Below are positions 39,036 through 51,000 of a stretch of 64,000 nucleotides of DNA, one piece after another. Numbering within the stretch: position 1 is the first letter of the stretch; each line of letters opens with the position of its first letter. The notes beneath the pieces were generated by a model that searched no databases, had not been told where the DNA came from, and saw nothing but the letters and a program-made list of their open reading frames with translations. The stretch comes from Octopus sinensis (taxonomy: Eukaryota), in the NCBI RefSeq assembly GCF_006345805.1, contig NC_042997.1, positions 91,202,001-91,266,000 on the forward strand. The letters run 5' to 3'. Made by a program: the position numbers and the translations under genes.

Positions 39036-40117
39036 AACTGTACCACCTTGATTTCATAGCTGTCTGAAATGAGAATATGAAGTTGATGGATAAAATAAAT
39101 TTAAAAACTCAGGCGTTAATATACAGCTTAAGCTTAAACCCGCTACATATTTTTGAAATAATAAGCTTATTTAATATTTTTATGGCAGTAGAAAGACCTT
39201 AGAAAAGTATTTATTTAATTTAATACCAATTCAAATACATGTTTTACATCTTTTTTGTCTCAAGCAAGAATTTTTCTCAATGACAAACTGCAGAGAAAAG
39301 CTTTTTAAGGATTCAAATATCTACTAGATATTTTTATTGAGTCAATTAATTTTTTTTTTATTGAAGCTGAACAGATTTCTCTGCTTTCTCAGTGAACTAC
39401 ATATTAAAATATGCAGCTTGAGATGAAATCCAAGTTGTTATATTTTTGAAATAGTTAAAATTTTTTTTTTGTTGGTAAAAAGATCTAAGCAAATTGCTTA
39501 TTTTTTTAATTAATTATTTTTATCGAATTTACTGAAAACATTTCTCTACATCTTCATTGAGCATTTCATAGTCAGCAAAAATGCATGATTCTTTCATATG
39601 ATGATATCTTAACAGACGTTGCATAGCTTGTGGCTCTGTACTACATGTGGTATTGTTGAAAGAACTGTATCAGCATTTTGTTACTTTACTTTGTCATATC
39701 TAGTTCTCAGTTAGTTAGGAATTTCTAAATTTCCTAGCATACATCTATACCAGGCATTAGCTTGTTCACTTGCTACCATTTTCATTGTTGTTGAGGGTAG
39801 TAGACTGTTATTTTTTTCTTCTCATAGAATTATTCTTACCTCATTTGTGGTAAGAACAATAAGAGATGACACATTTAGAGAAGCATTCCTTTGACTGCAG
39901 ATGACTCTGAACTCTGAATTGCTCTTTAGTGGTTAAATATAGGTGCAGCACCTTGAGCAGGTGTCTTCTATTATAGCCCTGGGTTGACCAATGTCTTGTA
40001 AATGAAACCTGTTGCATGTGTGTGTGTGAGAGAGAGAATATATATATATATATATTGTCAGTAGTACGTATATCCAAAAAAAGAGCCATACTTTAAAGCA
40101 TACTCTAAAACATACAT

Positions 40118-40450
40118 GACTCGTCATACTCAAATAGCTGAAGGCACATAACCTCTCTATAACTGGAGGGAGGAAGGAAGACATCATGATCAGTTAGTTT
40201 TGTAAACAAAAATGCCCTCATATAAGATGTTTCCTGCTTTAAGTTTAGAATTCCCTATTTGTAGAATAGGACCATGGTAGCATCTTCGAATATCAATATG
40301 GCTGGAACAGATATAAGGGAGATACCTTGTCTTGCCTGTAACACAACTCTGGATATATATTTTTTTGTTTACAAAACTTAATTGAGCATGACATCTTCCT
40401 CCTAGCTGTAGAGAGGTTATGCACCTTCAGCAATTTGAGTCTGATGAGTC
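40118..40450. repeat. ~90-bp inverted repeat (Penelope pLTR-like) flanking a 148-bp spacer
   Basis: 40118-40212 is the reverse complement of 40361-40450 with scattered mismatches. Confidence 0.8.
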
Positions 40451-40496
40451 ACCTACATGGTTAAGCACTTTATAGGTGCGAAACCAATGGTCACTC
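40437..40496 (+). ncRNA. Type I minimal hammerhead ribozyme
   Basis: Stem I GAGT/ACTC; core CTGATGA at 40441-40447; stem II G-CACCTA..TAGGTG-C; GAAA at 40480-40483; stem III ACC-AAT-GGT; GTC cleavage triplet at 40490-40492. Confidence 0.85.
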
Positions 40497-40530
40497 TCTG
40501 ACCAGTCATAACAATCAACTTCCTAAAAAG

Positions 40531-40572
<42 letters not shown>

Positions 40573-41099
40573 AATTGCAGCGTGGAAGGTGTTTATAAGC
40601 CATTTAAGAAACACACAAAAACCGTTAGATTCACTTCAACGTTTAAATTTAATTTGTCAAAATATTTTCGTTGCTTTGAGACTGCAACTTGTTCACTGAC
40701 AAAACTTCGTGCTGCATCTGAGAAAGTAACAGTTAGTTCATGATATAGATGTACGTATGTATGTGTGTGTGTATGTATGTATGTATGTATGTATGTATTT
40801 ATGTATGTATGTATTTATGTATGTATGTATTTATGTATGTATGTGCGTATGTATGTATGTGTGTACATGTATGTGCGCGTGCATATGTGCATGCCTATAC
40901 GCATGTATGTATGTACTTATGTATTTACGTATGTATGTGAGTATTTAGAAGACACATGTGTGTCTATATAAATGTATATGTGTATATATATATACAATCT
41001 TCAACAAGGTAACAGTCATGTATACAACTTGAACTGACACATATCATTACATAAACATACGTTCACATGTACATACACATGTACACACACACAGACCTT

Positions 41100-41880
41100 G
41101 AACATGTTTCCCCTGACCACGACCTCACCAATGCCTCTACTTGTTTGCTGGGGAAGTTTGAGAGGCAACAACTTCTCCATGACCTTTTCCCTGGCTACAA
41201 TTTCAGATGATATGCCCAGTCTGTTTGCACCAGCAGCAAACCAGTCCAAGCTCCATGCAGTCACCTGCCTGTGAATGGCTGCTGTTGTTCCACAGCAGGC
41301 CACTTTTTGTCCTTCATCGGCTATCGTGCAGCATCGCAGGCTTCTGCAGCTACCATCACCACTGCCTTCTGCCCAGTGCTTTGTGTCAACACATGGGCTT
41401 GAACAATGAGCTCGTTCATTGCCATTTTGTTGTCGCCTGGCAACTGTTGTAGTTGCATTGACATGTCATCAGGAAAGCTATTCACAAAAGCCAGTCGCAT
41501 TCCTCTCTCCTCAAGTCCTTCACCGGTAAGACCAGACAACACAACCAGCCTCTGTACCTCCGCAGTATATTTGTTGGTCTGTTCCCCTCTCCGTCTGATC
41601 ATTCCCAGCTTAACAAAAGCGGTGTACTCTCCATCTGTGTAAGCCTGTCTTAAGTGCTGCTCGATCTTCACCGCACTCCTTTTCTTCATCCATTTTGAGG
41701 TACAGTGCCAGTGCACTCCCCCCCCAAAAAACAGGGCCATGGGACTCGCTACATCTTTGATGCCTTGTAGCCTGGCCACAACTTTGACCTTTGGAATCCA
41801 GGCTACTACGTCACCTTCGCCATAGAAAGGTCTGATGACATCACTGCCAATCCTTATCTTCGCTGCCATCATATATCAAG
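41100..41880 (-). mobile_element. Gypsy gag remnant
   Basis: ORF 41321-41872 (RPFYGEGDVVAWIPKVKVVARLQGIKD); downstream knuckle-like CCWCKQTGHII*NC. Confidence 0.75.
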
Positions 41881-42084
41881 GGGACAACGATGTCTGTATA
41901 CAATTGCCAAAATAGCTTGTCATGTGTGGGAAATGAAAAGAGCTTCACCTACCTTCCTCTCCTCAGCGCCTGTCTAGTAGTAATCTCTTCGGTGACCCTG
42001 TCTTGTCTCCCTTGCATTTCCCTTCTCATGTTTCCTTGTCTGGTCAGTCCCTTGACCATTGACATAATGGCCCTCTTCTTCCAG

Positions 42085-42420
42085 CTCATCCCTACACAAA
42101 GCAAAAGAGGAAATTTATGGACAACTGCTTCAAAACCTCCAGCTTCTATATCCGGACTATGAATTCATATTCATATCAATAATAATTGGAGCCCTAGGTT
42201 TTGTTTGTGAATGGCTTAAAGGAGAATCTGGATAAACTGGGATTTTCAGAAAGAGAAACCGACTGGCTAATTTGTACATTACAAGTGCAATCTGTGAGTG
42301 GAACAGTAAAAATATGGAAGACTTTTCTCAAGTTCCAAATGTGAATTTGTCTGTGTTAACTACATTCTTGTATCGTTGTTGGAAACCGGGTTCCTCCTCA
42401 GTGGAAGATTCATAATAATT
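42085..42420 (+). mobile_element. 3' end of an RLE-type non-LTR element
   Basis: KEEIYGQLL...IIIGALG; homologous to 53750-54265. Confidence 0.7.
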
Positions 42421-42437
42421 AAAAAATAGAAGTGATG

Positions 42438-42469
<32 letters not shown>

Positions 42470-43790
42470 CATGTATGTATGAATGCGTGTATGGTATGTA
42501 TGTATGTATGGGTGAGTGTGGGTGTGTATGTGTATGTGTCTTTGTGTATGTGTTGGTCTCCATAACTTTATAATTCAGCAAAAGAGATCCGGAGAATAAA
42601 TATTAGACTTAGAGAAATAAGTACTGGGACCATTTTGCTTGACTAAAACTCTCCATGGCTGAAGTCCAATGGCTGAAACAACTAAAAGCAAAAAAAAAGA
42701 TAGGATATTGTTCATCTATTTGCTGCTGGTAACACTATTTCATCCTGGTTGTTGATATCTTCATGGCTGGTAGAACTATACCTGCAAGAATACAGAGGCT
42801 ATATGTATTATAGCCCTGATCTAATATAGCCTGAGATCAGTTAACAGAGAGCAAATACTGACATGTAAATTTTGACAGTTTTCAGTGAATTATGACAGTC
42901 TTTTAATAAATTGTTGACTTCATATACTCCCTGCTCTTGGCCTTAAAATGAGCTTCTGTATTGTAAACTTGGTCTGCTCAGTTCAGCAGTTAAATGTCTC
43001 TTGAGACATTCTTTACCACTTTTAAGACAGAAACCACATAGTGTCTTAAATTACGAGAAAGTACATTTACAATAAAGTGGAGATGGTCACATCACAGTTT
43101 GAATGCTAACTAAAGTTCAGCCAATATCTAGAACACTCTATATCTCTATGTCCAAAATGTAGAATTGATGGGCTGATCTAGGCAATAGACTGATCCTTCA
43201 TGCTAAAAGTCTGTTCTAACAGAATAGACCAGGGCTTTTTGATTCCAGAAGCAACATCCTCCAAAACAGCAACAGTAACAACAATATTGTCATTCACATT
43301 GCTGCTACCACTGCTGCTGTTGTCATCACCATCATCATTGTTGTCAATGGTACCACTACCACCACTGCTACTGATAATCAACAACAACATCAGCAGCAGT
43401 AGAAGAAGCGCTGTCTCTCATTGTCATAATAATTAATACGCTACATCTCAGTATATACAATAATTTACTTTGCAACATAACACCTAGCAAATCACATGTT
43501 CCACATATAAAACACAACGGATTTAGTTGTTCCTGAAATTACTTGTAAATTAGTTCACCTGTATAGTAAGAAACATTGAAAACATTCTCCTTCATAAAGG
43601 TTTCAATAAAATTGTTCTGAATAGTTAATATGGGAGCATTTATATCATAATGGCAAAGAGGAAAACATTATGGAAATCTGAGTAATATTTCCATGTGAGT
43701 GTTCTAAACAAGAAATATAGATGTGACAAAACAGAACTAATTTTATATTAGCAATTCAGATGATTATGTGAACATCGTTTGAAAATAACT

Positions 43791-43970
43791 GTTCGAAAAC
43801 AATTATTCGATTGGAAAATTGTATGAATGAAAATTATTCAAAAGGACAATTATACAAAATTTTAATTATTCTAAATTTTTTACTTTATTTAAACAAAAAT
43901 GTTAAAATAAAAAATCAAGTACGCAAATATTTATTTCGAATAACTGTTTTTCGAATAATTGTTTTCGAAC
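43791..43970. repeat. Small inverted-repeat element
   Basis: Exact 20-bp inverted repeat gttcgaaaacaattattcga at 43791-43810 and 43951-43970. Confidence 0.75.
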
Positions 43971-45269
43971 AATTTTCATGATACAATTCAGAAGTTGTGT
44001 TCTGCAAAAATAAAGAATTTATCTTAAGAGGATTAAATGTACCTGAGAATGAACTTGTCTTAGAAATAAAATAGAGCAAAACAGCAAAAAAAAAAAAAAA
44101 AAAAAGTAATCTATAGCAGTGTTCATTTCAAGGTCTGAAAACACACATGCATATGCTTCCCCCACTACAACTAATATGAAACATAACTCTGTGACAGATG
44201 AATTGATAGAGATATAGAAACAGAATTTTTTCCTATTCACTAGTGCAAAATTTCAGAGCCTGTGGTTTTGCATGTCAAATCTCATCTGGATCAAACTAGT
44301 CTTTCGTCTCTCAGTTACTGAATTGATTAAAAATGAAGAACTAGTAAAATTTGGTGTATCAAAGTTATTGGTATTTGATTTGTAGTCTGAAAGCTTTCAG
44401 TGTAAAGCAAAAAGAAAAATCATTGATTTCTGTTTTATGAATTACCATGCCATTTTAGTACAGGGAAGTAGTTTATTGATTCCACCTATTGTTTCATCAA
44501 ATTGTTATCACTGAAGATGTTGAAGAGAAAAAAGCAGAAACCTGAGAGTTAAGCTTATATTTTGTCAAGGTCTTCTGCCAGATTTTGTTGAAGTATAATT
44601 GGCAGATGGGATTATAATATATTGCTAATGCTTATTATAACTTAGTAAAGTAAGCTTTTATTTAATCCTTCAACATATTCAATGCAGCACTCAACTTTCC
44701 TTAAATAAATTTCCAGCCATCTTTAAAATAAGGACTACATATTTTTTATGATTTAATCGTGAGGCAGTCTGCTCCATATGATCATAACTACATAACAATC
44801 ATATGATGATATTTAATCTAAGTCATTGTGGTACTCATTTTTAACTTGTGAATCTTGAAGTATTCCTTTGTTTGACCAACCAAGATAAATATTTTATTAT
44901 GAGATGAGTTATGATCTTGACTCACACATTGATTATCTTTACCTAGTTTATTTAACCTGTCGAAGCCAATAAACGACAGAACCAAAAGTGTGATTTGAGA
45001 GTCAGTGAGAACCAAATGAAAGTGTATGCTAATTCTCTCTCAATATAAAAACGTGTGTAGGTAGGATATTCCTTAGGCTGGTAGATAAGCACTTTACACA
45101 ATCCCATAGGTACGATGGCAATAGCAGCACCAACAGAGACCTTGAAAAAGACAACAGCACTGCCAACACCAGCCCCGCCACCGATGATGTCCTCTACACC
45201 AGCATTAATGACCCAATAGCAACAGTAACAACATCAACAACAGTGGAAGTGCAGTGTCAACATCAACAG

Positions 45270-45520
45270 CAGCAGTATTCGAAGATACATTGGATTTTCT
45301 GGGAACACCTTCAAGCAGCACCTCTCCAACCACAGATCCTTGTTTAGGATTCCAGAGAGATGATATGCTCTGTCTTTTGTGAGCCATGTGTGGTGCTTGA
45401 AGGTCGAAGGGACTCCACACACAATCCCATGAAAGATTCTAGAAAAACTGGGCCCCTACATCAACAAGAGCGAGCATTGTTAGCTGTGCATAGCTGAACA
45501 GGTGAGGATATTAAAGAACT
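45270..45520 (+). mobile_element. Penelope-like GIY-YIG endonuclease remnant
   Basis: RRYIGFSGNTFKQHLSNHRS (YIG codons at 45286-45294). Confidence 0.7.
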
Positions 45521-46256
45521 CTCCTGAAGTGTAAGCAAGGTCTAAAGACATCTGCCCTTGAATTTAAGATGTTCCCTTAAATTCAAGGACAGATGTCTTT
45601 AGACCTTGCTGACACTTCAGAAGATTCCTACTGAAATCCTGGGACCCGCAAGCTGACTGGGTAGACTCCAGATATTGGTCTAAGAGAGGCAGCCCCTTGC
45701 ACTTAACCCTTCTTTGTGTATTCAACAACTAGCTTGCTTGCCTGCATGCATGCATACATACATACATGCATACATACATACATACATACATACATACATA
45801 CATACATACATACATACGTTCATACATACATACGTTCATACATACATACATTCATACATACACACACACACACACATTTTCAAAGGACAGAAGACAAATT
45901 GTTGATATTTCAGATACTTCATTACAAATGTTTCAGCAGTCAATAATCAATACTTATTTTCATCATCAACCACATCGTCTTCAGATAATATATCAAAATA
46001 TATCTCCTCATGTTTATTTTCTTGCAGTTATATTATACTTCATTTTATTTCATTTTATTTGTTTACATGGTTTGGTTCATTTCAGTCCGTCTTACTCCTA
46101 TGATCTGTGCAATGTGTTAACTTCACAATACTTGAGTCTATACTTTATTATACTTTAGTATCTGGGTTGATTTATTCGATTTAACTCTTGAAAGTGGTGC
46201 TTCAGCATGGATGCAGTCAAATGACTGAAACATGTAAAAGATAGAAATATAAGATA

Positions 46257-46462
46257 TGAGAGGGTGAAAAGCTCTTTACTTTGGGTAAAATAAAATACAG
46301 CAGGATCAGTTAATTATGATTTTATTCAACATATTCCCCTCTCAGATTCACACACTTACTGCAGTGGTCCTTCAGTTTTTCTAAGCCCTGTAAAAAACTT
46401 GGAATATTGGGCCTCCAACCAAGCCTTTCACCATTACTGGGAACTTTTTGGCATGCCCCTTG
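46257..46462. mobile_element. mariner-type MITE
   Basis: TA-TGAGAGGG...CCCCTTG-TA termini. Confidence 0.7.
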
Positions 46463-46857
46463 TAAAAGAGCAGTTTCAGTTATTTTAAGTAACCAGTAGG
46501 CCTTTTGAGATCAATATCATAGCATGAGTGTATTGTAAAATAATATATAATAGTGAATAAACAAAATGGTAGCAGGATGGAGATTTAGCTCCTGGGTAGG
46601 TAGGTCTGTGACAAGGTTTGGTAGTTTTGGAGTTTTGGATCAGGATTTTCTGTTATGACAAGGATTTTTGCAATTTCTTTCCACCACAAGCCTTGGAAAA
46701 AAAATGTTTGAAAATTTATGACTTTTTTTTACCCTCTAGATCGATTTTGGACAATTTTTGTTTTTTGTTTGCACTATGCACTTAAAAACCATAGGAGAAG
46801 CCATTTTGTTAAAAAAAAATGTGAAAATACTTTCAGACGAAAAGGTGTGTGGTTTAA

Positions 46858-47078
46858 CCCTTTAGTGTTCACATTATTCTGATATAATTAAAGCTTTTTC
46901 ATCCACATTGTTTTGAACTAATCATGCATTGTCTTGTAGCTATGAGATTCTGGTGAGGTAGCTGTTAATTTTTAAAATGATATTGTAGGGTTGGTGTGAG
47001 AGACCAGATCTGGTCAGTTTGAACATAAAACAGGCAGAATACTTTTGGCCGGATATGGCCGGTTTAAATGCTAAAGGG
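46858..47078. mobile_element. piggyBac-type MITE nested in Merlin
   Basis: TTAA at 46854-46857 and 47079-47082; TIRs CCCTTTAG / CTAAAGGG. Confidence 0.9.
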
Positions 47079-48227
47079 TTAAGGGAGATTAAGGATGTTA
47101 TTTGTGGCCCATCCCACAACTACCTTCCTCATTTTTATTGTTACTCTCACATGCATTGATGTTTTTCAACATCTCCCCATAAACACATTTACACTATTAA
47201 GAAAAATTTCTTGAAAATTATTATTTTTTCAACATCTTCTGCCTTCTGCTATTGTTTCTGTTTATAATTTTAAAATATTGGAGAGCCTGAGAAGTTCATT
47301 GCTGGGATTTATCCACAGTAATTTAAAAAAGGTATGTAAAAGATCATTTATTTTAATAGCATACCTTTCTGTTAGTAAATATGTTTTTTCTTACACACAC
47401 ACAAACACGCATACATACACATGCACTCACTTGGTGGTGCTGATGAGGGGCTTTAAACATTTTAATTATAATCATTTTGTTATTTAAATCTGAGCAATGG
47501 ACCACTTCTGAACTAAACATTCCATAATCATCTTCATTCCATAAAATATGCTTATGGGGAGAAAAATATAAAAACGCATCAATACACAAGAGTGACAAAG
47601 AGATGTGGAAGGTGGCTGTAGGATGTGCTAGAAACAACACCCAAATCTTATTTAACTCACTCACCTTTTTGTCTGAAAATATTTTCAAATTTGTTTTAGA
47701 TCATTTAATCTCATGTCTATGATAGAGACACTGAAGACAGAGGAGGATGCTGTGTCGTACCTGCAAGAAAAGGGTGTTATACCCAAAAGAAAATTGTGGT
47801 GGTCCTGGGAAGATTGTTGAGATTGATGAAACAGTCTTCTGAAGACATAAGTACAACCAAGGAAGGGTCCTACCTGAGCAGTGGGTTTTTGGAGGAGTGT
47901 ATCACGAGACTAGACAGGTTTTCCTACATGTGGTGCCATGTCAGAATCGTGACACACTGGAAGAATGCACACGTCACTCGATTCTTCCAGGAACAACAAT
48001 TTTCAGCAATTTGTGGAGGGTGTACTCTCACATTCCTGAAATTGATAGTTACAATTTTGAGCATAGAACGGTGAACCACAGTATTGGATCTGTTAACTCA
48101 AAAGATAGTACCCACACTCAACAAGTGGAGAGTACATAGGCCTCTGTAAAGTGAGGTAATAAATGATACTGTGGCACTCACCGTTCTATGGTAGATTCAT
48201 AATCTCTATGAATTTATGTGGTGCAGG

Positions 48228-48390
48228 CGGGGCCAGCTTTAGGGTTACTGGTGCCCCGGGCAAGCTGAACTTCAATTTTGGCATGTACAAGCTGATGATC
48301 ATGGAAATTTCCTTGTCTTTGTCATGCCCTCCTTAGTGCCCCCTAGCATATGGCACTCTGGGTGACTGCTGGTACTTTGAGCTGGCCCTG
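48228..48390. mobile_element. hAT MITE nested in the Merlin transposase
   Basis: TIRs cggggccagct / gagctggccctg; decayed 8-bp TSD ggtgcagg / gacgcaga. Confidence 0.7.
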
Positions 48391-49289
48391 GACGCAGAAG
48401 ATATGAAAATTGTAATTTGTTTGAGGAATCGAATGAATGCATTTCTAACGTTCATTTTCAATTTTTAAAATATTTATCTCATAATGCACTATTTTGTTTT
48501 CAGGATAAAACTTTTAAGTTTATATTAATGCTTAAATGTTTGTTTGTTAAGCATATTTAATTTGTAATGTATTGCTTATTGCATGTAATGTGTTGTATAT
48601 CACATTAAATGCATATTGAATGCTTAAAACTACAAAAGACATGTTCTTTACTCATTTTTTTTGTCATTGAGGTCGTTGTGAGGTGTGCTAAAAATAGCAG
48701 CTAAATAACGTTTTGGGATAAATCTTTTAACTTCGTGCTATAACATTAAATGCATATTGAATGCTTCAAACTACAAAATATGTGTTGTTTTCCATATATC
48801 GAATACAAATATTGACACATTCTATTTTCAGGATGTTATCAACAAAATGTGTAGTCACACACAAAATGACAGCTTCCAAATCTTGTTTCCTAACTGGGTG
48901 AAAATGATCAAATTTTAAACTTCTATAACTTTCTAAATACATTTTTCTGGAAAAGTGAAATAACTCCAGCAATTCACTTTGGAAAAGTACATTAATGTGC
49001 CAAGTTTTAAAATTTTCGATAAACTTTAATTTTTGAAATGCTGGCTGCCAAACAAAAAAGATACTTTTTTTTTCTACTGAAAAGGTTTCTCCCATGGTTT
49101 TTAAATGCATAGGACAAAAAAAGAAAAAAAAGGCCAAAATTGGTCCGTAGTAGGGATGGAAAGGACAGGGGAGGGTGTATAAAAAAAAAAAATCATAAAT
49201 TTTCAAACATTTTTTCATAAAAGAATGTCCCCCTCATGGTTTCAAAGGCTGTGCTGAAAACGGAGAAAATCCATTTTATGTGGACATCC

Positions 49290-50200
49290 CGATCTGAAAC
49301 TTCGCCGTTTGGTATTATCGTAGAAGTTAATTCAGTTCATGTACAGGAGTACACGCAGAATATCACTTCACATGCCGAATATAAAGGGATGTAACAAAAT
49401 ACCGATTATATATATTTTTTGTTAATTTAGCTTTTTATCTCCCCTCCTACTAAGTTGGCAGAATAACTACTTGTCACGTAGTAGAGTTAATTATATCGCG
49501 CTTTGGAGGTGTGGCTGTGCAAAAAAATTGAAATAGAAAAACTGATTCGAAAGAACAGAAATAATTTACACATACACACATTTGTATGTGAGTGTGTGTG
49601 TGTCTTTGCGTTTACACATCCAAGCATGCCTCGATTTACGTTGCTTTTTGTGATCAAGACGGGCGATTTAACTCGAAAGAGTACGTAACACGAATAACAT
49701 TAAGGAAATTTATTCGCTCATATCGGTTTTACTGTATGGTTTGTACATATATTTCGCATGATTTTCAAATCCAGTATTGGTTTTTAGGTGGTTTAAAAAT
49801 GTGTTTTATATGCTTTTAGTTATATTCGCTGAGGCCGACATAAAGTTGGATTAATCGACTGAAGTCGAGATTTACTAGTTCTTTTTCCATTAATTTCTTA
49901 AAAAGGAAAAAATAAAACAAAACGGAAAACGACATGGTCAAAAGAGATGTAATACGAAACTGCTAAGTTGAGGTACGTCTGTATGCATTGCAATGTGTAA
50001 GAGTTGTTTCCCTTCACTCAAATTTTTCATAACATTTTCTGGTGTTTCAAACTAAATTAGATAATAAAAAAAAGAATCAGTAATAATTTTGTGAAACATT
50101 TAAGTCATGTATCAATCAGAATAGGAAAAAAAAAAAAACACTTGAAAACTCCGCCAGGTTCTCGTCAGTATTCATAGTCATACTGTATTTTATAATCTAT
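49290..50200. promoter_or_regulatory. CpG-rich putative promoter / non-coding first exon of an unidentified gene
   Basis: High CpG in non-repeat sequence; candidate plus-strand donor GAG|GTACGT at 49972/49973. Confidence 0.4.
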
Positions 50201-50254
50201 GTTTCTTTGGTTCAAAATTTAAAAAGGCCATTTAGTCATTTACTTATTCAGTAA

Positions 50255-50300
50255 CTAGCAGAGATCCCGACGTTGCTCGGGATTAAAATGACATAGTTTC
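50255..50300 (-). mobile_element. Helitron 3' end fragment
   Basis: atcccgacgttgctcgggat hairpin; CTAG|T on the minus strand at 50255. Confidence 0.7.
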
Positions 50301-50367
50301 TTTTTTATTCTTTTACTTGTTTCAGTCATTTGGCTTTGGCCATGCTGGAGCACCGCCTTTAGTCTAA

Positions 50368-51000
50368 CAGAAAGAAAGAAAGAGGGAGGGCGAAAGAAAG
50401 AAACAGTGAAAGAGGGAAAGAACGAAAGAAAGAAAGAAAGAGGGAGGGAAAGAGAGAGAAAGAAAGAAAGAAAGAAAGAAGGGGGAAAGAGAATAAAGAA
50501 AGAAGGATGGAAGGAAGGAAATAAAGAAAGAAGGCAGGAAGGAAGGAAAGAAAGAAAGAAAGAGGGAAGGAGAAAAAAGAAGAGGGAGGGAGAAAGAAAG
50601 AAAGAAATAGTGAAAGAGGGAAAGAACGAAAGAAAGAAAGAGGGAGGGAGAGAGAAAGAAAGAAAGAAAAGGGGAAGGAGAACAAAGAAAAAAGGATGGA
50701 AGGAAGGAATAAAGAAAAGGCAGAAGGAAGGAAAGAAAGAGGGAGAAAGAAAGGAAGAGGGAGAAAGAAAGAAAGAGGGAGAGAGAAAGAAAGAAAGAGG
50801 GAGGGAGAAAGAAAGAAACAGTGAAAGAGGGAAAGAATGAAAGAAAGAGGGAGGGAGAGAGAAAGAAAGAAAGGGGGAAGGAGAACAAAGAAAGAAGGAT
50901 GGAAGGAAGGAAATAAAGAAGGAAGGAAGAAAGGAAAGAAAGAAAGAGGGAGAAAGAAAGAATGAGAATGGGAGAAAGAAGGAAGGAAAGAAGACAGATT
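50368..51000. repeat. Polypurine (GAAA/GGAA)n complex satellite
   Basis: ~630 bp almost entirely purine on the plus strand, with a ~210-bp higher-order period. Confidence 0.95.

Larger units (their letters stand above)
46695..49289 (+). mobile_element. Merlin (IS1016/ISXO2-like) DNA transposon, degraded, with long inverted subterminal arms
   Basis: EIDETVF*RHKYNQGR...QWVFGG; ILPGTTIFSNLWRVY...VNHS...HTQQVES; 46695-46820 inverted against ~49070-49220. Confidence 0.8.

Noticed and set aside
50359-50888. Lys/Glu/Arg-rich and Phe/Ser/Leu-rich ORFs
   Set aside because: Translations of the GAAA satellite
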